A stretch of 64,000 nucleotides of DNA from Candidatus Latescibacterota bacterium (GTDB lineage: Bacteria > Latescibacterota > UBA2968 > UBA8231), in the NCBI GenBank assembly GCA_965217585.1, contig OZ244561.1, forward strand, positions 1,137,424 to 1,201,423. Reading direction: 5' to 3'. Below the pieces are notes generated by a model that saw only the letters and a program-made list of their open reading frames with translations, ran no database searches and was not told the origin of the DNA. Every line of letters starts with the position of its first letter. The first letter of the stretch is position 1. Position numbers and translations under genes: made by a program. Positions 1 to 9,908 of the stretch are shown here, piece by piece.

Positions 1-288
1 GCGAGAGGCGCGGACGTGCTGCTGCACATGTGCCACTTCATCAACGGCGTAGTCACCGACGAACGCCTGACCAATTGCTGCTCCGGCCACCTCGATGCAG
101 CGGCCACGGCGCGGGACGCCGGCGTGAAGACGTTGGTCCTCGTTCATCTGACCGAGCAGCTGGAGACGCCCGGCGTGCGGGAGCGCGTGCTGCACGAGGT
201 GGGAGAGGTATTCGACGGGCAGGTGATCCTCGGGCAGGACCTGCTCGAGGTGCCCCTCGGGACCATCGACACGGAGCCGGTGCGATGA
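1..288 (+). CDS. MBL-fold metallo-hydrolase, C-terminal part (5' end lies outside the window)
   Basis: Frame 1 is open from nt 1. The tail ...CCSGHLDAAATARDAGVKTLVLVHL... resembles the C-terminal His region of beta-lactamase-fold hydrolases. The TGA stop at 286-288 overlaps the next ATG (ATGA). Confidence 0.5.
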   Translation, partial: ARGADVLLHMCHFINGVVTDERLTNCCSGHLDAAATARDAGVKTLVLVHLTEQLETPGVRERVLHEVGEVFDGQVILGQDLLEVPLGTIDTEPVR

Positions 289-1940
289 GCACCGAGAGGG
301 CGGGTCGCTATACACCCCGAGCGGCTGAGAGCCTGCGCCCGCCAGCGCCCGACTACGGGATCATCCTGAACAACGACGGCGGCTACCTGAAACACGCCGA
401 GTTCCCGATGTCCGTCGAGGATCTGCTGGAGCGGATCTACGGGCCCCTAACAGGGACCCAGGTCGGCGCCCTGTCGTGGTGTGTGGGGGTCGAGGAGGCA
501 CACTGGCCCTCGGACCGGCTGCCGATGATCGGCGAGGCGGAGGGCCGCCGGTACCTCTCCGTCCGCGACATGCGCCGGGCGGAGAGCCTGCGGGCGATGT
601 TCGATGGCCGCGTCGACCTGTACGGCCAGCTCGTACGCCGCGGCCACCAGATGGGGCTCGGCGTGTACGCCTCGGTGCGCATGAACGACAACCACTTCTG
701 GTCCGATGCCGAGCGCCGGGCCAAGCCGCTGCGGCCGGAGGAGATGGCAGCGACGGAGCGACCCCATCTCACGGCGTTCCGCAAGAGCCACCCGGAGTGG
801 GTGCTCGGCGCAGCCAAGGCACCGGCTTGGGCGGCCACGTCGTGGAACATGGCGGTGCCGGAGATCCGCGAGTACACCCTGCAACGCATCGCCGAGGCCT
901 GCGAGCTGGCGGACTGGGACGGCGTCGAGCTCGACTGGCAGCGCCATGCCTTCCACCTGCCCGAAGAGGACGCCTACCGTCTGCGCTACACCCTCACCGA
1001 TCTGCAGCGCGCCGTGCGCCGCCTCACCGACGCGATTGCCCAGCGGCGCGGACGGCCCTTCCACGTGATCGTGCGCGTCGGCGCCTCCCGGGAGACGAAC
1101 CGGCGCGTCGGCTACGACCTAAAGGCCTGGATCGAGGAGGGCCTGTGCGACATCGTCGTCACGGGGGCGAACTCGGGGACCGATCCGGACGTGGAGGTGG
1201 AGGCCTACGTGGAGATGATGCGAGGCAGCGAGGTGCGGCTGTATCCCGGGTTCGACAGCCACGGCGAGTGGGGGCGCGGACACCTGCTGCCCGCCGAGCA
1301 GTGGCGAGAGGCCTGGTTCCGCGGCCTAGCCACCGGCTTCTACGAGCGCGGTGCCACGGGCGTGCATCTATTCAACTGGCACAACCACGTGCACGCGGCC
1401 CGGCCGCTGCTGCAGAGCCTCGGCGCACCCGACAGCCTGCGGCGCACGGCCAAGGTGTACACCGCGGTCAAGCGCCACATCCGCGACCGGAGCGAGCTGC
1501 GCTACGGCGCCGAGCGGGACGATCGGCTGCACGGCGAGGTGCCCGTCGATCTGCTGCGCACCCTAATGGGGGGCGGTCCGCGGTTCCACATCGGCGTGTA
1601 CGAAGAGGTGTCGGAGGACGCGGCGCTGGAGCTGCAGGTCGATCTCGACCACCTGTCGCCCCGGGACCGGGTCGCCGTGGAGCTCGACGGGCAGCGGCTG
1701 GGGGACCCGGTGCGTCGCAGCCCGGCGGCCGAGGAGGCGGCGAATCCGGCGGACGTGTCCGAGAACACGTGGTTTGTCTGGCCGCTGGTGCCGGCACAGG
1801 TCGGCAAGGGCGTCCACGTCGTCGGCATCGACCTGCGCGAACGCGACCCGCGTCTGCGACCGCCGGTCGTGGTGCGGAACGTGGAGCTCCACGTCAGCTA
1901 CCGCCGCGGCGGGAACACGAGCGCCGAAGGGATTGACTGA
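285..1940 (+). CDS. Hypothetical protein, possibly a glycoside-hydrolase-like TIM barrel
   Basis: GC3-rich 551-codon ORF. ATG 285 overlaps the upstream stop. The track ORF 30..1940 has an Arg/Pro-rich 5' part that overlaps the previous gene, so ATG 285 is preferred. Motifs IILNNDGG and DWDGVELDWQRH are GH-like. No signal peptide. Confidence 0.6.
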   Translation: MSTERAGRYTPRAAESLRPPAPDYGIILNNDGGYLKHAEFPMSVEDLLERIYGPLTGTQVGALSWCVGVEEAHWPSDRLPMIGEAEGRRYLSVRDMRRAESLRAMFDGRVDLYGQLVRRGHQMGLGVYASVRMNDNHFWSDAERRAKPLRPEEMAATERPHLTAFRKSHPEWVLGAAKAPAWAATSWNMAVPEIREYTLQRIAEACELADWDGVELDWQRHAFHLPEEDAYRLRYTLTDLQRAVRRLTDAIAQRRGRPFHVIVRVGASRETNRRVGYDLKAWIEEGLCDIVVTGANSGTDPDVEVEAYVEMMRGSEVRLYPGFDSHGEWGRGHLLPAEQWREAWFRGLATGFYERGATGVHLFNWHNHVHAARPLLQSLGAPDSLRRTAKVYTAVKRHIRDRSELRYGAERDDRLHGEVPVDLLRTLMGGGPRFHIGVYEEVSEDAALELQVDLDHLSPRDRVAVELDGQRLGDPVRRSPAAEEAANPADVSENTWFVWPLVPAQVGKGVHVVGIDLRERDPRLRPPVVVRNVELHVSYRRGGNTSAEGID

Positions 1941-2059
1941 GGAACTGGCGGGCGAGCTACTGCACGCAACTCGGCACCTCCGGCTACAGCCGAGTTCCCC
2001 TCGTCGCGGTAGTGATTGATTTCGGGTGCCTCGCCCATGCTGTGCCAAGCATCGCAGAG

Positions 2060-2932
2060 TTACCGGACGGGCTCCCTAGCCCCACTTTGGACAATGGCGT
2101 TCCTCACGATCCTGAATCCCTGGAGGATGTTGTATCTCATACTCGGTACAGAGGCCGACCTCGCTGCGGAACGGGCGAACAGAGATGAGCTGTTCCTGCT
2201 GCCTCCCCGGACGGCTCGGAATTCACCCCGCCAAGGCCGGGCAGGACCGACGAAACCGTTGTGCACATATTCGCTTGGTCTGTTCGAGCACCACTCGCGG
2301 GCGTTCCCATACATGTCGAACAACCCCCAAGGGTTCGGTCTTTTCTGGCCGACCGGATGTGGGGCAGCGGCCGAATTCGCGAAAACCCAGGCGTGCTCTC
2401 CAAGCTCGTCGTCCGAGTCCCCGAAGTACCAGATCGTATCCGTACCTGCGCGGCAGGCATACTCCCACTCCTCCTCTGTGGGGAGCCGGTACAGATCGGC
2501 ACCGAGGGCCCGATTCAGTGCCGCGACAAACCCGACCGCTCGGTCCCAAGAGATGCACACCGCCGGCGCATCTGGATCGTACGGGAGGTAGTGGCCCCAA
2601 GGTGCGGTGCCCATCACCGAGACCCACTGTTTCTGGGTTATCTCGTACTGGCCCATATAGAAGCCTCTCGTCTGGAAGAGATGCGCGGGTTGCTCTCCTT
2701 CGACCTCTGTTTTGTGGGCACCAAGGACGAGCAGCCGCTTCGCCCTCTCCGGCGTCGTGCCGATCGCGTCACTGCCAGATGGAATCCAGCGAAGGGTCAT
2801 GAGCTCGCCGCCCGGGAGATAGGCAACCTCCTCCTCGCCGGGCGACGGCTGGGCGACGGTTTGCGCCTGCACCGGCAGGATCGCGGAGATTGCGGCGATC
2901 AGCGTTGACCGGGGATATGCCAATACTCGCAT
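2060..2932 (-). CDS. Formylglycine-generating-enzyme (FGE-sulfatase/SUMF1) family protein, secreted
   Basis: N-terminal signal peptide ending ...ILPVQAQ. Family motifs WEYACRAGTDT, NPWGLFDMYGNAREWC and RGGS. Confidence 0.85.
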   Translation of the reverse strand: MRVLAYPRSTLIAAISAILPVQAQTVAQPSPGEEEVAYLPGGELMTLRWIPSGSDAIGTTPERAKRLLVLGAHKTEVEGEQPAHLFQTRGFYMGQYEITQKQWVSVMGTAPWGHYLPYDPDAPAVCISWDRAVGFVAALNRALGADLYRLPTEEEWEYACRAGTDTIWYFGDSDDELGEHAWVFANSAAAPHPVGQKRPNPWGLFDMYGNAREWCSNRPSEYVHNGFVGPARPWRGEFRAVRGGSRNSSSLFARSAARSASVPSMRYNILQGFRIVRNAIVQSGAREPVR

Positions 2933-2938
2933 AGGGCT

Positions 2939-5353
2939 TCATCGCGTCGTAATGACGAAATAGGGCGTCTGGGTGCGCCAGTCCGGCCAGCGGGTGGCCC
3001 GGCCATCGTCGAAGAGAAACTCGAAGAACACCATCAGATCCCAAGCGGGATCAATGGAATCGCCGGGGATCACCGCTCGATACCCATCGCCCTCGGAGCG
3101 CATATCGACGCGGTCGAAGTCAAGAGCCTGATGGGCGATTCGGTGATAGCAGCGGACGGTGGACGGGGTGGGAGATTCGCACCGGATGCAAATCACTAAG
3201 TCGCGTCCCGCCGTAACGCAAGTCGGAGGAACGAAGGTCACCTCCGGCGGATCGAGATGGACGTCGCCGCCGGGAAACGGTCCGAAGTCGGCAGACGGAA
3301 TCTCCGGCTGTTCCACAATGAGTGCATCGATGGCAACCAAGTCGCGCTCGATCACAACCAAGTCGTCCTTCCAGTGGCCCGCGTGGCCTTTCTCGCGGAA
3401 CCCGAAGACCAAATCGTCGCAATAGGAACCCTCAGCCGCCGAAGACAGCGCCGACCAGTGGTCCCGTGCCTGGAGCAGGTGTTGTCGAACGGCGGACAGG
3501 CGACGGACCTCGCCAGCCTTGCGATGAAAGGCGAGATGGACGGCTGCCAGTTGGCGGCAGGCATGATACTCGGCCAGATGGGCGAGCAAGGTGAAGTCGA
3601 GGAGAGTATGGCGCAACTCCGGCTCCGTCGAATCTCCACCGAGGCCGGTTAGAATGCCGCGCACCTGAGCGGCTAGCTGGCGCAGGTGATGAGCCACTTG
3701 GGGCGGCGTCCATTTGCCGCAGAGTCGATTGCCCAAGGCGTCTTCCACGTACTCGTCGATGCCATAAAACCGAGTTGGATCGCTGGGCTCGACCTGCGTG
3801 TCCTCCGCCAAACTGCGGCCGGCGAAGCGCTCGGGCCAAAAGGTCCAGAGGCTGGCTGAATGCTGCAACACCACGGTGAGCAGAGGCAGGATCTGACCGC
3901 CGATGCGGTAGAGTTCTTCCACTGAGGCCGCGACGGCACCAAAGCGATGACGCAACTCCCGCTGCCAGACTTCGGAGGAAGCGTCCGGGTCATAGCCCAA
4001 GCGGCCAAATAGCATATAGAACAACCAGTGACGCCGATGCTCCTCAGCGTGACACCGAAATGCAGGATCGGTGCTAGCTGACCACGGCTGCTGCTCGTCG
4101 CGGACGCCTTTGTTCGTCAGCGGTGCCATCACCTCAAAGCCATCGCCGCCAAAGGTGCAGGAGCCAGCGAAGCGCCGCACCCATTCGGGATCGGCCCAGA
4201 GCAGCACGCGCTGGCTCCCCGCGCTCCACAGGCGGTGAATCAGCGCAAAGGAGCGAGGCTTGCGCAGCAAATCCCAGGTACCGTAGCGGCGGTAATTTTT
4301 CTGGTCGAACTGCTGAATGGCCGGCATAGGATAGGGCATGCCTAAATGCTCGCACCAGTGCTTGGTGGAGATCACCGTGTCGGGGACGAGCTCTTGGGCG
4401 AGTTCGATAGTGTCGTCGGTAAGCCCCTTGGCGCGCAGGTCCAGGCGGATGGGGCGACCGCACTCGGCAATGGCGCGAAACTGCGGCGCGTAGTACTCGG
4501 CCTGGCGATCCTCGGCAACGCCGGATTCGTAGTTCATGCGGAACTGAACCCCATCGATCCCTAGGCAAACGGCCAGCAGGCGCGCAAGCCCAGCGGCATT
4601 GTATTGTGCCAGCATCTCAGATGTAAGACCCTCCACCATAGAGTCCCCGTAGTCCTGGGCGTGCTGAGACCAGACGCCGAAAGTGAAGTGCAGGCCGCGC
4701 TGACGAGTCCACTCAGCAATGCGAATCAGCATTTCCAGATGCCGCGCACACTGCTCTGCGGTAAAACCGATGGGACGGACCTGGGGGAATTCGGGGACTT
4801 CCAACAGAAAGGGATAGGGTGGCGACAGGTAGGCAATCTGGTGGCCGAAGGTGAGACTCAGATTGTTGTAGCGGCAGCGCGCCAGCCGCTCCAAGTACTC
4901 GTCCCAGAACTTCTCGTCGTAGAACCAAGCCTCTTCGAGCCGACGGTTGCAGAGGAACAGTTGCATACTGCGCCAAGCCAAGTGCGGCGATTGGATCGCG
5001 GGAGCGATTGCCGCGAAAACGTCAACGTCCGGCGCGGCTAGCTCGACAACGCGTGCCGCTTCAAGCAAAGCGTACATCAGGCCGCGCTCGTCCCTACCGC
5101 AGATGAGGAATCCGCCAGCAGAAAGAGGATGGAGGACCAGAGATTCGGGTGCGTCGGGACAGTGCACGCCAGCGCGAGTAAGGGCCTCCTCCACGGCCGG
5201 CGATTGGCCGGCTAGGCCAATGATGAGACCGGGATCTGGCCTGGGCGCGGCAACGATCTCGACGGATTCTCCGCGCATGCCGAGGGCGTGTATTAACTCG
5301 TCTAATGCCCAGCGAGCGGCGCGGGATAGCTCTGTATCGACAACGATATTCAT
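2939..5353 (-). CDS. Large hypothetical protein (804 aa), possibly glycoside-hydrolase related
   Basis: Long GC3-rich ORF, 6 nt upstream of the FGE-family gene on the same strand. No motif I can name with confidence. Confidence 0.7.
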   Translation of the reverse strand: MNIVVDTELSRAARWALDELIHALGMRGESVEIVAAPRPDPGLIIGLAGQSPAVEEALTRAGVHCPDAPESLVLHPLSAGGFLICGRDERGLMYALLEAARVVELAAPDVDVFAAIAPAIQSPHLAWRSMQLFLCNRRLEEAWFYDEKFWDEYLERLARCRYNNLSLTFGHQIAYLSPPYPFLLEVPEFPQVRPIGFTAEQCARHLEMLIRIAEWTRQRGLHFTFGVWSQHAQDYGDSMVEGLTSEMLAQYNAAGLARLLAVCLGIDGVQFRMNYESGVAEDRQAEYYAPQFRAIAECGRPIRLDLRAKGLTDDTIELAQELVPDTVISTKHWCEHLGMPYPMPAIQQFDQKNYRRYGTWDLLRKPRSFALIHRLWSAGSQRVLLWADPEWVRRFAGSCTFGGDGFEVMAPLTNKGVRDEQQPWSASTDPAFRCHAEEHRRHWLFYMLFGRLGYDPDASSEVWQRELRHRFGAVAASVEELYRIGGQILPLLTVVLQHSASLWTFWPERFAGRSLAEDTQVEPSDPTRFYGIDEYVEDALGNRLCGKWTPPQVAHHLRQLAAQVRGILTGLGGDSTEPELRHTLLDFTLLAHLAEYHACRQLAAVHLAFHRKAGEVRRLSAVRQHLLQARDHWSALSSAAEGSYCDDLVFGFREKGHAGHWKDDLVVIERDLVAIDALIVEQPEIPSADFGPFPGGDVHLDPPEVTFVPPTCVTAGRDLVICIRCESPTPSTVRCYHRIAHQALDFDRVDMRSEGDGYRAVIPGDSIDPAWDLMVFFEFLFDDGRATRWPDWRTQTPYFVITTR

Positions 5354-5435
5354 ACGGCGATCATTTCCCTTTGTGTGTCTATATTAAAAAAAGATACTTT
5401 ACCCTTTTAAATTATCGAATATTAGATTGCTCGTC

Positions 5436-7016
5436 ATGGCGGACTCCACGTACGACGGCATCATCCTTGGAACCGGCCACAACAGCCTGATCCTGCAGGC
5501 CTACCTCTGCCGGGCCGGTCTACACGTCGTGAGCCTAGAGCGAAACATCGTAGTCGGCGGCGGACTGCGCACCGAAGAGTGGCCGGTCGGCTCCGGATTC
5601 CTGCACAACACCCACTCGTTCTACCACCGAGGTGTAACCCGGATGCCGTGGTACGCCGAACTCGAACTCGAGCGGCACGGTGCCCACTACCTCGAGCCCG
5701 AGTTGAACGTGGCCATGCTGCTCCCAGACGGGCGCTCCCTAACTTGGTGGACGGGTTTCGAGCGCACCGCCGACTCCTTTGCTCAATTCAGCCGCCGAGA
5801 CGCCGCTAGCCTGCGCCGCTGGCGCGAGGCATTCCTGCCGATCGTGACGCAAATTCTGGAGCCCGAAGCGCAGACACCCCCGCTGTCGCCCCCAGAGCGC
5901 CAGCGCCGCTTGGAAGCCACGGCCGAAGGCCGCCTGCTCCTAAAAACGAGCGCCTACTCGCCACGCGAATTCGTGCTGCGCGAGTTCGAGAGCCCAGCAG
6001 TGCAGGCCGGCCTCCTGTTCTTCAACGGCCTGCGCGAAGTCGACCCGCGCGCGCCCGGCTTCGGCCACCACATCCCGGCTCTGTTGGCCGCCCGCGGTAA
6101 GGCGCAAATGTGCGTCGGCGGCTCGGCCCGGCTGGCCGAAGCCCTCGTCGCCGCCGTCGCCGAGGCCGGGGGCGAAGTGCGCACCAACGTTGAGCTGACG
6201 CAGATCGCGGTGCAGCCTGTCGCCGGCGAGCCGGGACGAGCCGCCGGGGTCGTCACAGCCGGGGGAGAGCGGATTGACGCCCGCCACTTTATCGCCTCGG
6301 GCCTCAACCCTCAGCAGACCTTCCTCGACCTAATCGACCCCGCGCACTTGCCAGCTTCCTGGCGCGACCAAGCCGCTGCATTCCGCTACAACCTGCTGGC
6401 ACCCCTGTTCGGCCTCTACCTCAACCTCGACGAGGCCCCAGCCTACTCGGCGGCCGAGGTCAGCCCCGAGCTGGACGACGCTTTCATGGTCCTCCTCGGC
6501 CTGCAGTCGGTGACCGACTTCGACGACATGGTACGGGCTCACGAGCAGGGCCAATTGCCGCCGACGGTGATGTGGGGATCCTGTCCCAGCCGCTTCGACG
6601 CCACTCAGGCACCCAGCAATGCACACACCGCCTTCATGTGGGAGAAGGTCCCCTTCCGTCTGCGTGGTCACGCCGACAACTGGGACGCAGAGGCCACAGC
6701 CCACGGCCATCGCATGTTCGACGCCTGGGCCGATTATGCACCGAACCTACGGGATGTCGTGCGCCAGTACCTGATCCGCCCGGTCCACCACATCCCCAAG
6801 CTGCTGCCGAACATGCGCGACGGCGACCTGCTGGTGGGCTCCCTCGGCCACGGTCAGGTCGGCTACAACCGGCCCTTTTCGGGCGCTGGTCACTACCGGG
6901 GCTATCTGGCAGGTTTATACCTGTGCGGTTCGTGCTGCCATCCGTCGGGGAACATCACCGGGCTGCCAGGCTACAACGCGTGGCAGGTGATCGCCGCGGA
7001 CCTGGGGTTGGATTGA
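5436..7016 (+). CDS. FAD/NAD(P)-dependent oxidoreductase, phytoene-desaturase (CrtI-like) family
   Basis: N-terminal dinucleotide-binding motif DGIILGTGHNSL...ERNIVVGGG. About 525 aa. ATG 5436 is preferred over TTG 5427. Confidence 0.85.
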   Translation: MADSTYDGIILGTGHNSLILQAYLCRAGLHVVSLERNIVVGGGLRTEEWPVGSGFLHNTHSFYHRGVTRMPWYAELELERHGAHYLEPELNVAMLLPDGRSLTWWTGFERTADSFAQFSRRDAASLRRWREAFLPIVTQILEPEAQTPPLSPPERQRRLEATAEGRLLLKTSAYSPREFVLREFESPAVQAGLLFFNGLREVDPRAPGFGHHIPALLAARGKAQMCVGGSARLAEALVAAVAEAGGEVRTNVELTQIAVQPVAGEPGRAAGVVTAGGERIDARHFIASGLNPQQTFLDLIDPAHLPASWRDQAAAFRYNLLAPLFGLYLNLDEAPAYSAAEVSPELDDAFMVLLGLQSVTDFDDMVRAHEQGQLPPTVMWGSCPSRFDATQAPSNAHTAFMWEKVPFRLRGHADNWDAEATAHGHRMFDAWADYAPNLRDVVRQYLIRPVHHIPKLLPNMRDGDLLVGSLGHGQVGYNRPFSGAGHYRGYLAGLYLCGSCCHPSGNITGLPGYNAWQVIAADLGLD

Positions 7017-7036
7017 CCGGGCGGACGCTCGCCTTG

Positions 7037-7591
7037 CTAAAAACCGCAGGCCTTTAAAACCGGATGTTCCAAAACGGACGCGACTTCCGCCCAAGCCCGT
7101 TGGCTATTCTCTTGCTCAAGGTCTGGGTAAAATCCGAAATCGAGATATACTTTGACGGCGGGAATCCGCCCGCTTGAGGTGCCGAGAAAACTGCGCTCAT
7201 GGAATCGCTTGAGGCATGCCATCGCCACAGACATCATCGGCTTGGCAAGCCCGCGTCCCTGATAGTCCGGGAGAATCGCGACCCAATGAATCTGGCCCCA
7301 CTCCTTGCCGTTTAAATCGGGCTGCCACCACGCTGTGATGGTCCCGATCTCTTCGCCAGCGTTGGTGGTCAAGTAAAAACTTCGGTCCTCCAGCGCCCCA
7401 AAATCGCGGTTGAATTCGCGCTCAAAAAGCTGGTCGTCAACGTCGAAGTGCAGTTCTGCCGCTCGCTGAATCCGCGTCCAGATAGCCCCTTCATGCGGAC
7501 GGTAATTCCGCATGGCAAACCCTTTGGGAATGGGAAATTGTGGAATATCTTCCATATGCTCGCGGATCATTCTGACACTGTAGTTTTTCAT
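7037..7591 (-). CDS. GNAT family N-acetyltransferase
   Basis: The segment ...HWVAILPDYQGRGLAKPMM... matches the acetyl-CoA binding motif (Q/RxxGxG/A). Confidence 0.8.
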   Translation of the reverse strand: MKNYSVRMIREHMEDIPQFPIPKGFAMRNYRPHEGAIWTRIQRAAELHFDVDDQLFEREFNRDFGALEDRSFYLTTNAGEEIGTITAWWQPDLNGKEWGQIHWVAILPDYQGRGLAKPMMSVAMACLKRFHERSFLGTSSGRIPAVKVYLDFGFYPDLEQENSQRAWAEVASVLEHPVLKACGF

Positions 7592-7671
7592 CGGTGCCTG
7601 CTACTTTTTGTTCCATATTATAATGAGATCCTATCGCTAGCCTATATTTTTCCATTTCGAGGGAGGTGACC

Positions 7672-8319
7672 ATGCAAGCGAATCTTGTGACGTTGATCCG
7701 AATATTCTTGGTGTTCTTGGTAATTGGACTGTACAAAGTCAACACCATCGCCTGCGGGGTGGCGGTTTTGCTGACGATCGCCACCCTTTACATGGACGCG
7801 CTCGACGGTATCATTGCCCGCCGCCTCGGCATCGAATCCGATCTGGGCGCGATGTTCGACATCGCCGGAGATCGCATCGTAGAGAACGTCTTCTGGGTTT
7901 ATTTTGCGTCGATCGGCATGGCCAGCTTCTGGGCGGCGGCCATCGTCGTCGCCCGGAGTTTCCTCATCGACTGGCTGCGGACGCTCGCCTTTGTGGACGC
8001 GGGCAAGACCGCATTCGGCAGTAAGACCATGATGCAGAGCCGGTGGGCGAAAGCGCTCGTGAGCTCTCGCTTCAGTCGGGCGCTCTACGGCTTTACCAAG
8101 GCGGTCGTGTTTGTCTATCTGGGCGCGGTGCTGCTGATTCAGTCCGGGCAAGCCGAGTATGGTTGGTCAATCGGAGTGTCCACGGAGTTGCTGCTGCTAA
8201 TCGGGCAGGCAATCGTCTGGTTGACGGTGGTGATGTGCCTAGTGCGGGGTATCCCGGTAATATGGGACAGTCAGGACGTTCTATTTCGCAAAATGTTTCC
8301 CGGCTTATTGCGAGATTAG
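7672..8319 (+). CDS. CDP-alcohol phosphatidyltransferase family protein
   Basis: Signature DALDGIIARRLGIESDLGAMFDIAGDRI fits DG(x2)AR(x8)G(x3)D(x3)D. Multi-TM protein. RBS GGGAGG lies 6 nt upstream of ATG 7672. Confidence 0.85.
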   Translation: MQANLVTLIRIFLVFLVIGLYKVNTIACGVAVLLTIATLYMDALDGIIARRLGIESDLGAMFDIAGDRIVENVFWVYFASIGMASFWAAAIVVARSFLIDWLRTLAFVDAGKTAFGSKTMMQSRWAKALVSSRFSRALYGFTKAVVFVYLGAVLLIQSGQAEYGWSIGVSTELLLLIGQAIVWLTVVMCLVRGIPVIWDSQDVLFRKMFPGLLRD

Positions 8320-8327
8320 CCAGTACC

Positions 8328-8966
8328 GTGAAAGCCGCGATATTCGATCTAGACGGGACGCTGCTACCCGGTACCAGCGCCGAAAGGGAGTTCATCCGCT
8401 TCGCGCTGACGACCGGCCAGCAGACCGCCCCAAAGGCGGTTCGCGCGTTCCTATCTTGGGTCGTCCGCATCCCTACCCACGGCATCCAGTCCAACAAAAC
8501 TTACTTCGGCGGCGTCGAGATGAACCTGCTCGCAGAGACGGCAGAGACCTTCTGTCGCCAGCAACTAACTCGCCGCATCCCAGATCAGGCCCAGCGTCTG
8601 ATCGCCGCCCATCGCGCCGCTGGAGATTGTCTCGGCATTGTGTCGGGGGCACCGCAACTCCTGATCGCACCCCTGAAGGCCCTCCTCGATCTGGATTTCG
8701 TCGTTGGGACCAAGCTGGTCTGCAAGCAGGGACGCTTGACGGGCGACTTGGACGGCCTTCGCGTATCCGGGCCTGAGAAGATCCGCCAATCGGAAGAAGT
8801 GGCGCGCACCTACGGATTCGATCTGCGCGAATCCGCGGGCTACGGAAACGCCTTCGACGACCGCTTCTTGCTGGCGGCAGTCGCTCGTCCCGTCGTGGTC
8901 AATCCAGACCGCCAGCTAGCGCGTCTGGCTCGCAAGAAGGGCTGGCCGATCTGTATCTTCTTTTGA
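8328..8966 (+). CDS. HAD-IB family hydrolase/phosphatase
   Basis: DxDxT motif AAIFDLDGTLL sits right at the N-terminus if GTG 8328 is used. The longer track ORF (8043) overlaps the previous gene. Confidence 0.75.
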   Translation: MKAAIFDLDGTLLPGTSAEREFIRFALTTGQQTAPKAVRAFLSWVVRIPTHGIQSNKTYFGGVEMNLLAETAETFCRQQLTRRIPDQAQRLIAAHRAAGDCLGIVSGAPQLLIAPLKALLDLDFVVGTKLVCKQGRLTGDLDGLRVSGPEKIRQSEEVARTYGFDLRESAGYGNAFDDRFLLAAVARPVVVNPDRQLARLARKKGWPICIFF

Positions 8967-9001
8967 AGGACAATCTAGAACCTTGATTCCGAAGGAATAT
9001 T

Positions 9002-9889
9002 ATGGCAAACGCAAAAAGCCGATACGTCAACCCCTCCAGAGTCATGCTAGGGGAATGCACCCGCAAGGAAATTCGCGAAGCGCTGCAGAGCGGCAACCTG
9101 AAAGCCGCCATCATCCCCATCGGCGCAACCGAGCAGCACAACGAACACCTGAGCTTGGATCTGGATATTGTCCTGTCCACGTTTATCTCCCAGCAGGCCG
9201 CCTTGCAACTCTACCCACAGGTCACGGTCGCTCCATCTTGTCCGGTGGGCTACTCTCCGTACCACATGGCGCGCAAGGGTACGCTGACGTTGCGCAAGGA
9301 AACGTTGCAAGCCTACATCTTCGACGTCGCAGAAAGCCTGAAAACCCACGGCATTCGCACGATTCTGGTCGTCAACGGTCACGGCGGCAATCATGGCTTG
9401 CTGCGGGACGTGCTGCCGGCGTGGCGACGAGACTTGGGTATCACGCTGGATGAGAATTCGTACTGGATGGGACTTACGGACGAGGACCGGGAAACCATCC
9501 TCCAAGGCTATCGAGATCTGCAAGCGGGCAAGCTGGACACGGTGGCGCGACAAACGGCGCTAAACCATGCCTCAGAGGATGAGACGTCCGTGATGCTGGC
9601 GGCTTGTCCGCAACGGGTCCGCGCTTTCACCATGGAAGCGTATGACGCCGCTGGCTTGGATTACGCCCACAATCTATCGCCTGAAGTCGAGGCGTATCTC
9701 GAACCCTTTTCCAAAGAGGGTTGGCCGCAGGGCGGACCAAACCCGGAAAACCCGCGCGACCGCGCCCGCCAAGAAAACGCCTTGCTTGCCAGCGTAGAAA
9801 AAGGGGAAGCACTCATCTCCATCCACACCCAATTCATCGCCGACAAGTTGCAGCAAATGATCGCTGCAACAGAAAAGGGGCACCCCTAG
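9002..9889 (+). CDS. Creatininase (creatinine amidohydrolase) family protein
   Basis: Family motifs IIPIGATEQHNEHL and VVNGHGGN. RBS AAGGAA upstream. Confidence 0.85.
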   Translation: MANAKSRYVNPSRVMLGECTRKEIREALQSGNLKAAIIPIGATEQHNEHLSLDLDIVLSTFISQQAALQLYPQVTVAPSCPVGYSPYHMARKGTLTLRKETLQAYIFDVAESLKTHGIRTILVVNGHGGNHGLLRDVLPAWRRDLGITLDENSYWMGLTDEDRETILQGYRDLQAGKLDTVARQTALNHASEDETSVMLAACPQRVRAFTMEAYDAAGLDYAHNLSPEVEAYLEPFSKEGWPQGGPNPENPRDRARQENALLASVEKGEALISIHTQFIADKLQQMIAATEKGHP

Positions 9890-9908
9890 CCTGCGCCTGA
9901 ATGAAAAC

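Noticed and set aside
476-1936. 486-aa alternative-frame ORF overlapping 285..1940, plus several minus-strand ORFs in 53..2048.
   Set aside because: The translation is extremely Arg/Pro/Gly/Ala-rich, which is typical of off-frame reading in GC3-rich genes. The 285..1940 frame has normal composition and operon-style coupling.
2060-2932. The FGE-sulfatase-family protein as a GldJ/GldK-type gliding or T9SS component linked to the CTD-like tails downstream.
   Set aside because: It has no lipobox and no gldL/M/N-like neighbours. It lies 23 kb away among carbohydrate-type genes.
8043-8327. Upstream extension of the HAD hydrolase ORF.
   Set aside because: It overlaps the CDP-alcohol phosphatidyltransferase gene in another frame. 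The DxDxT motif should be at the extreme N-terminus, as obtained with GTG 8328.
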